A DNA stretch of 32,000 nt from Crocosphaera subtropica ATCC 51142 (GCF_000017845.1 NC_010546.1:2430001-2462000), one strand, 5' to 3'. Positions 1 to 9,430 are shown, counted from the first letter of the stretch. Notes: generated by a model from the sequence alone, not told the origin. A program made the numbers and translations.

Positions 1-1857
1 GAGGAGTTGAATATTGAGATATCTCCTAGTGAAGAATTAGTTTTTGCTTATCATAAAAGATTTGATGTTTCTGTTTCTGAACCCTGGCTGAAATCGTTAC
101 AAAATCTAGTTTGGATTGTGACGATAGAACAACCTTTATTAGAAACGATTTTACCATTTCTTCCTCTTTTCCTAATCTTAATTATTATATTATTTATTGT
201 TATCGTGATAGTCTTTAAGATTATTCGTTTTCTTAAATTCCGTGTCATTACACCTATCAAAAATTTGCAAGTGGCCGTACATCAAATTAATAATAATCAG
301 TTTGATTTACAGCTTAATATTGATACTAATGACGAATTACAAGAATTATCCGATGGTTTTAAGGAAATGGCACAAGCCTTAAAAAATTCTTTTGCAACTT
401 TAGAAAAAAAGGTAAAAGAAAGAACAAAACAACTGGAAAAAGCCAATCAAGCTAAACGAGAATTCTTAGGTAATATTAACCACGAATTAAGAACCCCTTT
501 AAATCTAATTATTGGCTATATCGATAGACTTTATCAAGATGGTTATTTGAATAATGAGCAAAAAAAACAATTAGATATTATTGATCGTAATAGTCAACAT
601 CTTTTATCTTTAATCAACCAAATTTTAGATATTTCTAAGATTGAATCAGGTCATATTACCTTACAAGAAAATAGTTTTAATTTATCCCAACTCTTAACTA
701 ATTTACAAGAAGTATTTAACCTAAGCTGCTATTCAAAAGGGTTAAACTTGATCCTAGAAAATAAAATTGAAGACAAATTAAACTATATTTATGCCGATAA
801 AAATAAACTTAAACAAATTTTAATTAACCTATTACATAATGCTGTTAAATTTACTGATAAAGGAATGATAAAAATCTCAGCCGAAGTTAGTAATCATAGA
901 TCATTGCATTATTCTAAGAATCAACCAAACTATACTCTTAGAATACAAGTAAAAGACACAGGAAAAGGGATTGCGAGGGAGGAAATATCTCAATTATTTA
1001 AAGCTTTTGAACAAACGCAAACAGGACGAAACTTAAATCAAGGAACTGGACTCGGACTTTATATTAGTCATCAATTCATTAAATTAATGGGAGGAAACAT
1101 AACTGTTGAAAGTTCTCCCCATAGTGGCACAACTTTTACCCTAGAAATTCCTGTGAAATTAAGTCAAAAAGATTTAATTCTATCTCAACCAACGGTCAAA
1201 AAAGTAATTGGTTTAGCCAATCATCAAACCCATTATCGCATTTTGGTGGTTGATGACGATCTAGAAAGTCGTGATTTATTAGTTAATATGTTATTATCTG
1301 TCGGATTATCAGTACAAGCAGCTAATAATGGACAAGAAGCCATTTCCTTGTGGCAACAGTGGCAACCTCATCTAATTTGGATGGACTTACAAATGCCTAT
1401 TATAGATGGCTGTAAGGCTACTCAACACATCAAAAAAGCCAGCCATAGTCAATTTCCTTATATTATTCTTGTAACGGCTGATGCCTCTGAAACGGTACGG
1501 AAAAAAGCCTTATTCTGTGGATGTGATGACTTTGTAGCCAAACCCTATCATGGGGCAATTATTTGGGAAAAAATGACCCAGTATTTAGGGTTACAATATA
1601 TTTATGAGCAAGACAAGGATCAAGATCAGACCCCTTCTTTTCCTGATATTAATTCTGTTGATTTAGTAGGAATCCCTCGTGAGTGGTTAAGTCAAATTTA
1701 TCAAGCCAGTCTTCATCTTCAAGGAAAAAAAGTGTTAGCTTTAATTCAAGAAATTGCTAAGTCTCATCCTATTCTCGCTCAATATTTAACTCAATTAGCT
1801 GAAGGTTATCAATTTGAAAAAATCATCAATTTACTTGAAGACTATTACTCAAATTGA
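1..1857 (+). CDS. Hybrid sensor histidine kinase (TM-HAMP-HisKA-HATPase_c-REC plus a C-terminal extension). The 5' end is probably upstream of the window.
   Basis: The frame is open from nt 1, and the TTG at nt 7 is only the tracker's start. There is a hydrophobic TM (LPLFLILIIILFIVIVIVF) followed by a HAMP-like segment. The H-box is NINHELRTPLN. The G-boxes are DTGKGI and GTGLGLYIS. The receiver has VVDDD and DLQMPIIDG. A single TM preceded by only about 50 aa implies that a sensor domain and a first TM lie upstream. Confidence 0.85.
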   Translation, partial: EELNIEISPSEELVFAYHKRFDVSVSEPWLKSLQNLVWIVTIEQPLLETILPFLPLFLILIIILFIVIVIVFKIIRFLKFRVITPIKNLQVAVHQINNNQFDLQLNIDTNDELQELSDGFKEMAQALKNSFATLEKKVKERTKQLEKANQAKREFLGNINHELRTPLNLIIGYIDRLYQDGYLNNEQKKQLDIIDRNSQHLLSLINQILDISKIESGHITLQENSFNLSQLLTNLQEVFNLSCYSKGLNLILENKIEDKLNYIYADKNKLKQILINLLHNAVKFTDKGMIKISAEVSNHRSLHYSKNQPNYTLRIQVKDTGKGIAREEISQLFKAFEQTQTGRNLNQGTGLGLYISHQFIKLMGGNITVESSPHSGTTFTLEIPVKLSQKDLILSQPTVKKVIGLANHQTHYRILVVDDDLESRDLLVNMLLSVGLSVQAANNGQEAISLWQQWQPHLIWMDLQMPIIDGCKATQHIKKASHSQFPYIILVTADASETVRKKALFCGCDDFVAKPYHGAIIWEKMTQYLGLQYIYEQDKDQDQTPSFPDINSVDLVGIPREWLSQIYQASLHLQGKKVLALIQEIAKSHPILAQYLTQLAEGYQFEKIINLLEDYYSN

Positions 1858-1873
1858 TCAATAATAAATTTTT

Positions 1874-2863
1874 ATGATGTCTAACTTATCTACTCCTCAA
1901 AATAGTTCGATCATTATGGTGATTGACGATCATGTCGATAATTTAAAATTATTATCGGATATGCTAGATGAACAAGGGTATGAAGTGCGCCAATCCCTGA
2001 ATGGGTTAACCGCTTTAAAATCCATTGAATTATCATCTCCTGATTTAATTTTACTTGATCTTAAAATGCCAGATATGGATGGTTATACTGTTTGTCAAAA
2101 GTTGAAAAAAAATCCTAAAGTTCAAGATATCCCTGTGATTTTTATTAGTGCTAGTGATGAAGTTTTAGATAAAGTCAAAGCTTTCTCTGTAGGGGGTTGT
2201 GATTATATTAGTAAACCCTTTAATTTAGCCGAAGTTTTAGCCAGAGTCGAAAATCAATTAAAAGTTAAACGATTACAACAAGCATTAAAAGACAGAAATA
2301 CTCACTTAGAAAGTTTAATCAAAACATTAGAAGAAGTCAATCAAAAACTAGAAGATATCTCTCGTCTTGATCCATTAACGCAGATTGGCAACCGACTTCA
2401 TTTTAATGACTGTTTAGAGAGAGAATGGAAAAGAGCCATGCGAGAAGAAGAACCATTAGGACTGATTTTATGCGATATTGATGACTTTAAACTGTATAAC
2501 GATACTTATGGTCATTTGCAAGGCGATCGCTGTCTTCGTGACGTTGCTCAAGGGTTAAAAATGGCTGTTTTCAGGGGAACTGACTTAGTTTGTCGGTATG
2601 GAGGAGAAGAATTTGCGATTATTGTCCCTAATACTGATTGTTTAGGAGCCGAGCCTATCTGTCAAAGAATAGTTGAAGAATTTAAACAATTAAAAATTCC
2701 TCATGGTACTTCTTCTGTTTCCTCGTATGTTTCGGTTAGTGTCGGCTTTGCTAGTTTAATCCCTTCTATTAATTTAAGATCAGATAGATTAATTTTTTTA
2801 AGTGATAAGGCTCTTTATGGAGCTAAAGAAGCGGGTAAGAATAGATTTTTTATCTATCAGTAA
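1874..2863 (+). CDS. Response regulator with a GGDEF output domain (PleD-like diguanylate cyclase)
   Basis: The REC domain has VIDDH and LLDLKMPDMDG. A coiled linker follows. The GGDEF domain has an active-site RYGGEEF and an I-site RGTD five residues upstream. The start is 16 nt after the kinase stop, so the two genes are likely co-transcribed. Confidence 0.9.
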   Translation: MMSNLSTPQNSSIIMVIDDHVDNLKLLSDMLDEQGYEVRQSLNGLTALKSIELSSPDLILLDLKMPDMDGYTVCQKLKKNPKVQDIPVIFISASDEVLDKVKAFSVGGCDYISKPFNLAEVLARVENQLKVKRLQQALKDRNTHLESLIKTLEEVNQKLEDISRLDPLTQIGNRLHFNDCLEREWKRAMREEEPLGLILCDIDDFKLYNDTYGHLQGDRCLRDVAQGLKMAVFRGTDLVCRYGGEEFAIIVPNTDCLGAEPICQRIVEEFKQLKIPHGTSSVSSYVSVSVGFASLIPSINLRSDRLIFLSDKALYGAKEAGKNRFFIYQ

Positions 2864-2885
2864 ACAGTTTAGTTATGATAACTTT

Positions 2886-2923
2886 ACCCTACTCCCTACT
2901 CCCTGCTCCCTACTCCCTGCTCC
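2886..2923. repeat. Tandem CT-rich heptamer repeat (CTACTCC/CTGCTCC, about 5.5 units)
   Basis: Read directly: ccctactccctactccctgctccctactccctgctcc. It lies in the intergenic region between the GGDEF gene and gap2. Confidence 0.8.
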
Positions 2924-3073
2924 GATGGTAATCTTGAGGTAATAATGGAAAAAATTGGCAACTTAAGAAAAAAATTTGAGCCAGGGTATCGAAAAAGATC
3001 AGGGTTTGGGGTATGATTGGGGTCATTAATAATGTTTTAATCTATTGAAGTAAAACACAGAGGGCAAGACGCA

Positions 3074-4086
3074 GTGATTAGAGTAGCAATCAACGGGTTC
3101 GGACGTATTGGACGCAACTTTTTACGGTGCTGGTTAGGCCGGGAAAATACTAATTTAGAAGTAGTCGGCATTAATGATACTTCTGATCCCAGAACTAATG
3201 CTCACCTGCTAAGATACGATTCCATGCTCGGTATATTAGATGCTGACATCGAGGCAGATGAGAACTCCCTCACCGTTAATGGCAAAACCATTAAGTGTGT
3301 TTCCGATCGCAACCCCTTAAACCTACCTTGGACAGAATGGAATGTCGATTTAGTGGTGGAGTCTACTGGGGTTTTTGTTACGGAAGAGGGTGCATCTAAA
3401 CACCTCGTTGCTGGTGCAAAAAAGGTCTTAATTACGGCTCCAGGAAAAGGCGGTAATGTAGGAACCTATGTGGTTGGAGTTAACCACCAAGACTATGAGC
3501 ATGATAAGCATAATGTAATTAGTAACGCAGTTGTACCACCAACTGTTTAGCACCTGTGGTTAAAGTCCTCAATGATAATTTTGGTATCATCAAAGGCACC
3601 ATGACGACTACCCACAGTTACACCGGAGATCAACGCATTTTAGATGCTTCTCACCGTGATCTTCGTCGGGCGCGGGCTGCTGCGGTTAATATCGTTCCCA
3701 CCTCCACTGGGGCAGCTAAAGCAGTGGCTTTAGTCATTCCCGAAATGAAAGGTAAATTAAATGGTATTGCTATGCGGGTTCCCACTCCTAATGTGTCTGT
3801 GGTTGACTTAGTGGCACAAGTAGAAAAAAGCACCATTGCAGAACAAGTTAATGAAGTCATGAAGAGTGCTTCTGAAGGCTCCATGAAGGGTATTATTGGC
3901 TATAATGATTTACCTTTAGTCTCGTGTGACTATCGGGGAACTGATGTATCTTCTATCGTTGATGCCAGCCTAACCATGGTTATGGGTGGCGACATGGTTA
4001 AAGTTGTGGCTTGGTACGACAACGAGTGGGGTTATTCTCAACGGGTTGTTGACTTAGCTGAAGTTGTTGCTAATAAGTGGAAATAG
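3074..4086 (+). pseudogene. gap2: Glyceraldehyde-3-phosphate dehydrogenase (cyanobacterial Gap2 type), split by a 1-nt deletion at about nt 3529/3530
   Basis: ORFs 3074..3550 and 3556..4086 together make a full GAPDH. The N-terminus is [15 protein letters not shown] and the C-terminus is WYDNEWGYS. Frame 1 reads [10 protein letters not shown]. The second frame reads (R)[19 protein letters not shown] from nt 3526. The expected sequence is [12 protein letters not shown], so one A of GCA-AGT is missing. It could be a true pseudogene or a sequencing error. Confidence 0.85.
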
Positions 4087-4127
4087 TTTCACCGAACCCC
4101 TGAACTTAATCCATGATTAATTTTCAG

Positions 4128-4153
4128 CCCCCGACTTAGGTACGGGGGTTTTT
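4128..4153 (+). terminator. Rho-independent terminator downstream of gap2
   Basis: The stem CCCCCG / CGGGGG has a 9-nt loop (acttaggta) and is followed by TTTTT. Confidence 0.6.
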
Positions 4154-4281
4154 AAGTGGAATTGAATAATCATACCAAATCCGCTTATCATCGTAGAGTA
4201 ATCTTCTTTCTCCCTCTGCCTTCTCAAGATGATTGTCTACTGTCTAAAGCGGATCTAGTATCAGCAGACCAATGATTAAGT

Positions 4282-5100
4282 TTATTTGTTCTGGTACAAG
4301 ATGTCAGCTAATTGAATATGAAGCTTATGACTGGCTTTGTAAGCTAAAAAATGAGCTTGAGGAATGGTACCCAATAAACTTAAATCCCCGATTAAATCTA
4401 ACAGTTTATGACGAACCGGCTCATTATCAAATCGTAAAGGAGGGTTTACCCAACCAGAGCGATCGCAGATTAAAGCATTTTCCAAACTTCCTCCCTTAAT
4501 CAACCCTGCTTGTTTTAACTGTTCAATTTGATCAGCAAAGCCGAAGGTTCTCGCAGGAGCAATAAAATCTTGAAAGGGTTCTGTTTTGGGACTCCAACTG
4601 ACCCATTGGTTACCAATGGCTGGGTAGGGAAAATCAATCCCATAGGTAAAGCGAATGTCTGGGGCAGGAATCGCAGCCACAAAAGCATCTCCCTCCCTCA
4701 CCCATACGGGTTCAATGACAGGGCTTCCCACTGCCATTTCTGAGGGATTCAGACCAGATGCGATGATAGCATCTACCCAATTTTTTGCTGATCCATCTAA
4801 TAAAGGAACTTCTGGCCCATCGATTTCAATACAAGCATTTTCAATGCCACACCCAGTTAAAGCAGCTAATAAGTGTTCTACCGTGCGAACAGTGGCCGTA
4901 TCAGCCATCAATTCTGTGGATAATAAGGTTTGATTCACTGCCGAAACAGTAGCCGGAATCATCGGTTTCTCAGGTAAATCAACTCGCACAAAATAACGCC
5001 CTTGGTTCCTATCGTCAGGCAAGACATGAACTTGAGTTTTTGCCCCAGAATGTAGACCAATTCCTGAGACTGTAAATCCTTTTTCGATGATAGATGTCAT
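4282..5100 (-). CDS. lpxC: UDP-3-O-acyl-N-acetylglucosamine deacetylase
   Basis: This 272-aa product shows the LpxC pattern: [30 protein letters not shown] and [10 protein letters not shown]. It sits 66 nt downstream of bamA, the usual cyanobacterial bamA-lpxC arrangement. Confidence 0.9.
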   Translation of the reverse strand: MTSIIEKGFTVSGIGLHSGAKTQVHVLPDDRNQGRYFVRVDLPEKPMIPATVSAVNQTLLSTELMADTATVRTVEHLLAALTGCGIENACIEIDGPEVPLLDGSAKNWVDAIIASGLNPSEMAVGSPVIEPVWVREGDAFVAAIPAPDIRFTYGIDFPYPAIGNQWVSWSPKTEPFQDFIAPARTFGFADQIEQLKQAGLIKGGSLENALICDRSGWVNPPLRFDNEPVRHKLLDLIGDLSLLGTIPQAHFLAYKASHKLHIQLADILYQNK

Positions 5101-5166
5101 ACTAACCTCCAGTGGGATTGATTGGTTTCAATGGTTACAGGGTTGATTGATAAGTTGTTTACCGTT

Positions 5167-7671
5167 CTAAAATCTCTCCCCAATGCCAAAATGAATACGA
5201 GAATCTCCTTCATCATTAATGCCATAATCGACCCGAATCGGTCCAACAGGAGACTGAATTCTGACCCCAATACCATAACCATAACCATCACTGGGTAATC
5301 CCCGTACGACCCCAGGAATCCCACGAACAGAACGTTGAGACTTAATAGTTGTGCCGTAATCAAAGAAAACAGCAGCCCCAACCGCCGGAATAATGGGAAA
5401 CCGATACTCTGCGGTGGCTTGAAAATAACTCCGTCCGCTACCCACTTCTCCTTCTGCGTAACCTCGAACTGAGTTGCTACCGCCCACAACAAAGGCTTCG
5501 TAGGGGGGTAAATCTTCCAATACCGTTCCTGCTTGCACATTAAAAGCTAACGCTTGGGGTTTAGGTTGATCCTCTTCAATAAACCCTAAATCGATAAAAT
5601 CTACGGGAATATAATAACTATAATTGCCTCGTAAACGGGTAAAAGCAATACTTCCCGATCCCACTGGCACCGTTTGTTCTATACCCAAGCGAAGAACATA
5701 GCCACTGGTAGGACGTAAGGGATTATTCCGAAAATCTTGAGCGGCTGCGAAGCTGAGGGTTAATAAGTCATCCCGTCCTGAATCACTAAAAGATAAGGGT
5801 TGTTCAGGAAAGCCGTTGATGGGAGCGGACAGAGGGGCAATATCCCCATCTGCGTTTTCAATTTGTACCCGTTGATAGTTAATCCCTGCGCTCAGTCGCC
5901 AATCTGGTTTGGTAAAGGGATCTTCAGCTAAGGGGCGGGCAAAGGAAATCCCTCCCCCTGTGCGAATTACCCTAGGGCTATCAAACCCGTTGAGGGTTCT
6001 AATGGAAGAGTCATCTCCATCAAAGACCAGGGAAATGGTACGACGACGGAACCCGTTAACGGTATAAGCGGTACGATAAGGATCGCCAGCAATCCAAGGA
6101 TCAGTAAAACTGACATCGAGAAGTAATTCCCGTTCCCCGACTTGGACTTCCCCTCCGAGGGTTTGGGCATTTCCTCCTAAATTTTGTTCTTGATAACTAA
6201 TGGTTCCAAAGAGTCCACTACTAGAACTGATTCCTGTTCCTGCCGCCAGTGATCCGGTGTTTCCTTCCACCACATCCACGTTAACAATGACTTCCCTGGG
6301 GTCTTCCCCTGGACTAAAGGAGATTCGCACATCTTCAAAGAGTCCTAAACCAAAAATCCGTTGTAGGTCAAATTGGGCTGTTTTACGGTTAAAGACATCC
6401 CCCGGTTCTAACTGCATTTCACGAGTAACAATAAAATCACGGGTTCTGCCGTCTACAGGTTCATCTTCAGCATTAAAGAACCGAACTTGAACATCTTCTA
6501 TCACCCCTTCGGCAATGACTAAGGTGACGATGCCGTCTTCGCTGACTTCTGGGGACCCGATCACTTGCGCCAGGTCAAATCCTTGTTCAGCGTACCATTC
6601 ATTAATTTCTCTGATCCCCTCTTGCAGTTCTCGAAGGTTAAGGGTTTCGCCGTATTGATCCCCAAAAATTTCTTCGACTTTCTCCGGGGGTAAAGCTCGT
6701 TGATCTTCAATATCAGGAACGGTATTGACGACAACTTGTTCTAAAACAGGATTAACCTCTACGTTGTAGGTAATTCTTACCCCCAAGGGCGTGTCAGCAG
6801 GGGTAACCTCAACGTTAGCAAAGTAACCAGTCGCATAAATGGCATTAACGTCTTCTTGCAGTTGAGAACGGGTGGCGGTTCGACCTGGGCGAGTTTGAAT
6901 GGTGTTGTAAACTAAGTCTTGTAATTCTGGATCTGCCCCTTCCACTAACACTTCAACCACTAACACCCGTGGTTCTTCCCCTGTGGTGTCCGTTTCTTCG
7001 GTTTCGGGTTCAGGGGCAGGAATTACCTCAGGAGTGGGGACAACGGGGGGATCGGCTTCGTCTGGGTCTTCTCTATTGTTATTAGGGGGGGCGGTTTCCT
7101 GTGCCGTTTCTTGTTGCGGAGTGGCTTCGGCTGCGATCGCCTTGTCTAAACTTGTCTGTCCTAGGGACTTATGGGTTAACGCCTCAGATGTTTTTAACTC
7201 TGTCTGTTCCTGTGAGATGGCGGTAGGGGAGTTAGGAAGGTTCTCAGGGATGGGTTTTGTTTCTTGGATAGTCGAAACCTTGGGGTAAGGGTCAACGGTG
7301 TCTGAAGACTCATCTAACCAGGGATCTGAGATGATAACATCATTGGACTCTATGGCTGCTTGTTGCTCGATCGACGGTTGGGAAGAAACTGTAGACTTCT
7401 CGGAAGAGGAAATAGCTTCTTTTATTGCTGAAACTTTGGGATAAGGATCAACTTTTTTTGAAGAGTCATTACCCCATGATTCTGAGGGTAAAGAGTCCAA
7501 AAACTCCAATGAAGAAGTTTCTGGGTCTTGTATGCTGGCGACTGATGGGACATTTTGTCCTCTGACCGGCTTATCTATGACCCATACGGTTGTTGTTGTC
7601 AGAATAATCCCCAACAAAGGAGAAAAATGGAACTTTTTACTCTGGTTTGACACGTCCACACACCCAATCAA
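5167..7671 (-). CDS. bamA: Outer membrane protein assembly factor BamA/Omp85 (Toc75-like) with a long Pro/Glu/Thr-rich N-terminal extension
   Basis: There are POTRA-like repeats (RVLVVEVLVEG, IVTLVIAEGVIEDVQV). The C-terminal beta-barrel ends GIGERF, with an aromatic terminal residue. The N-terminus resembles a signal peptide. The start is a TTG and is uncertain by about 15 nt. Confidence 0.9.
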   Translation of the reverse strand: MIGCVDVSNQSKKFHFSPLLGIILTTTTVWVIDKPVRGQNVPSVASIQDPETSSLEFLDSLPSESWGNDSSKKVDPYPKVSAIKEAISSSEKSTVSSQPSIEQQAAIESNDVIISDPWLDESSDTVDPYPKVSTIQETKPIPENLPNSPTAISQEQTELKTSEALTHKSLGQTSLDKAIAAEATPQQETAQETAPPNNNREDPDEADPPVVPTPEVIPAPEPETEETDTTGEEPRVLVVEVLVEGADPELQDLVYNTIQTRPGRTATRSQLQEDVNAIYATGYFANVEVTPADTPLGVRITYNVEVNPVLEQVVVNTVPDIEDQRALPPEKVEEIFGDQYGETLNLRELQEGIREINEWYAEQGFDLAQVIGSPEVSEDGIVTLVIAEGVIEDVQVRFFNAEDEPVDGRTRDFIVTREMQLEPGDVFNRKTAQFDLQRIFGLGLFEDVRISFSPGEDPREVIVNVDVVEGNTGSLAAGTGISSSSGLFGTISYQEQNLGGNAQTLGGEVQVGERELLLDVSFTDPWIAGDPYRTAYTVNGFRRRTISLVFDGDDSSIRTLNGFDSPRVIRTGGGISFARPLAEDPFTKPDWRLSAGINYQRVQIENADGDIAPLSAPINGFPEQPLSFSDSGRDDLLTLSFAAAQDFRNNPLRPTSGYVLRLGIEQTVPVGSGSIAFTRLRGNYSYYIPVDFIDLGFIEEDQPKPQALAFNVQAGTVLEDLPPYEAFVVGGSNSVRGYAEGEVGSGRSYFQATAEYRFPIIPAVGAAVFFDYGTTIKSQRSVRGIPGVVRGLPSDGYGYGIGVRIQSPVGPIRVDYGINDEGDSRIHFGIGERF

Positions 7672-7798
7672 GCTATAGCGTTTTTACTGTTATCCGTTGC
7701 TGATGGTTAACTTAACTAATAGCTAACAGCTTGTCTAACAGCCGAGCCATCTTACCCATTATTCTGACTATCACCATAACAAATTGTTCCGATAGCCT

Positions 7799-8533
7799 TT
7801 AGGCTTCATAGGAAGCTAATCTGTCTACAATTCGCTTCTGAACTTGTTGATAGGCAGTTTCGACTTGTCCTAAGTCTCGACGAAACCGATCTTTGTCCAT
7901 CACACGCCGTTCGGGATCACTTTGGGTTTGATCCCACAGTCGACAGGTATCAGGACTGATTTCATCAGCCAGTAGGATTTGTCCTTGGGTATCGATGCCG
8001 AATTCGAGTTTAAAGTCCACTAGGGTAATTTGACAACTAGCAAACAATTCTTGTAAATGCTGGTTGATGCTTAGAGCAAGGGTTTGCAGTTGTTTAAGTT
8101 GTTCTTCGGTGGCTAGTTCTAAAATTAAAAGGCGATCGCAAGTCAATAGGGGATCGCCTAATTCGTCGTTTTTCAAGTAATATTCAACTAAGGGAAAAGG
8201 TAGTTCATGGCCTTCTTCTAACCCTGTTTGTCGACATAAACTCCCTGCTGCAATGTTTCTCACCACCACTTCAATCGGAATTATTTTGACTCGTTTGACT
8301 AATATTTCATCATCGGCAGATTGTTCAATTAAATGGGTAGGAATGCCTTTCGATTCTAACCATTGAAATAATGCTACTGTGATTTGACAATTCATTTTTC
8401 CTTTTTGGGCAATGGTTCCTCGTTTTTGAGCATTAAACGCAGTAGCATCGTCTTTAAAATGGGTTAACAAAACTTCGGCATTGTCGGTGCTATAGAGAAT
8501 TTTTGCTTTGCCTTCGTACAATTTTTTCATCAT
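7799..8533 (-). CDS. purC: Phosphoribosylaminoimidazole-succinocarboxamide (SAICAR) synthase
   Basis: The N-terminus KLYEGKAKILY, plus DDATAFN and DEISPDTCRLWD, are typical of PurC. The size is 244 aa. Confidence 0.9.
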   Translation of the reverse strand: MMKKLYEGKAKILYSTDNAEVLLTHFKDDATAFNAQKRGTIAQKGKMNCQITVALFQWLESKGIPTHLIEQSADDEILVKRVKIIPIEVVVRNIAAGSLCRQTGLEEGHELPFPLVEYYLKNDELGDPLLTCDRLLILELATEEQLKQLQTLALSINQHLQELFASCQITLVDFKLEFGIDTQGQILLADEISPDTCRLWDQTQSDPERRVMDKDRFRRDLGQVETAYQQVQKRIVDRLASYEA

Positions 8534-8560
8534 CTTTTTTTAGGTTTAATGAGTTAGAGA

Positions 8561-9430
8561 ATGAGACTTTTATTTATTTTTAATTTAAACAATTTTAGAA
8601 CAACAGGTAAGAGAAAACAGCGAATAAAAAACTTTCATCGGTTGAAGTTATTAATTATCATTACTTTCAAAGCTTTAGCACTAGAGTGGATGATTTCAGT
8701 TCCTGTTGTTTTGGCCAATTGTAATGATCGCGTTGCTAGTTTAACACTGGTACAACCGATCATGGAACGTTTATGGCCGAAACTAAAGGCAGAAAACCCT
8801 ATCTATGCTCAGCTAAAAGATGATTCTATTACCTTAACAGAGGGGTTTGCTACTTTAACGGGGACACAAAAGCAGCAAGCCTTAGAACCTCTTAAACTAG
8901 GATACAACAACAATTGGTTTGAGTTTTTAACCCCTGAAGAAAAACAGTCTGCTTTACAAGATCGTGGTTTGGGAGCTATTTCTCCTTATCGAGTTTATGG
9001 GAGTGATGGTCGTCTTATTTCTGTTCCCTATGATGGTTGTACTCGCTTGACTCTGCTAACGGAAAAAGATCGGTTTAGCTATTATTATCAAACCCTAATC
9101 TATCGAAATCGTTTAGAAGTAGGACAAAATGATATCACCCCTCAAATGTTGCGTAACGCAGGTCAGCCGTCTTGGAGAAAGGTGAATGTTCCTATTTCAC
9201 CACAGCAAGAGCAGCAAATTCGACTACAATTTTGGCAAACCATTGGCTACGATCAAGTGGATGAAGGTTGGTGGATCGCCTGGGTTCCAGAACAAGGCCA
9301 TTTTGAAATTAATGTTCCTGTTGATTATGACAAAAATCCACTACAAAACTATCGTCAGATAGCATCACCAAAGTATAAGTATGTTGTCATCGATAATGAA
9401 GGAACTCTAAGAAACTTTGAATCGGACTAA
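8561..9430 (+). CDS. Hypothetical protein, possibly secreted; start uncertain
   Basis: It is a long ORF with coding-like composition and is divergent from purC. The first 27 aa are basic and low-complexity. A start at TTG 8642 or ATG 8690 would give a signal-peptide-like N-terminus (KLLIIITFKALALEWMISVPVVLA). I recognise no family. Confidence 0.6.
   Translation: MRLLFIFNLNNFRTTGKRKQRIKNFHRLKLLIIITFKALALEWMISVPVVLANCNDRVASLTLVQPIMERLWPKLKAENPIYAQLKDDSITLTEGFATLTGTQKQQALEPLKLGYNNNWFEFLTPEEKQSALQDRGLGAISPYRVYGSDGRLISVPYDGCTRLTLLTEKDRFSYYYQTLIYRNRLEVGQNDITPQMLRNAGQPSWRKVNVPISPQQEQQIRLQFWQTIGYDQVDEGWWIAWVPEQGHFEINVPVDYDKNPLQNYRQIASPKYKYVVIDNEGTLRNFESD

Noticed and set aside
51-260. Minus-strand ORF 51..260
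   Set aside because: It lies antisense to the TM/HAMP part of the histidine kinase. The Ile/Lys/Asn-rich translation is the product of AT-rich antisense sequence.
3521-3560. Programmed ribosomal frameshift in gap2
   Set aside because: There is no slippery X XXY YYZ heptamer, no stimulatory structure and no precedent for recoding in GAPDH. A 1-nt deletion (real or an artefact) in the GCA-AGT junction explains the data.
3651-3884. Minus-strand ORF 3651..3884
   Set aside because: It lies antisense within the strongly conserved C-terminal half of gap2.
4171-4262. Imperfect inverted repeats ATACCAAATCCGCTT ... AAGCGGATCTAGTAT between gap2 and lpxC, as a possible MITE
   Set aside because: The arms match at only about 13 of 15 positions. 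There are no target-site duplications and no second copy in the window. A structured terminator or spacer region downstream of lpxC is a more likely explanation, and I cannot support a mobile-element call.
4272-4933. Plus-strand ORFs 4272..4499, 4528..4743 and 4655..4933
   Set aside because: They lie antisense to lpxC, which has clear family motifs. Their translations are low-complexity with no recognisable motifs, so they are shadow ORFs.
5097-7288. ORFs 5097..5540(-), 5967..6170(-), 6200..6490(+) and 6983..7288(+)
   Set aside because: They lie wholly or almost wholly inside bamA (5097..5540 extends 70 nt past the bamA stop), in alternative frames or antisense. Their compositions (Ser/Gly/Val-rich, or the reverse of the Pro/Glu-rich region) are typical frame shadows.
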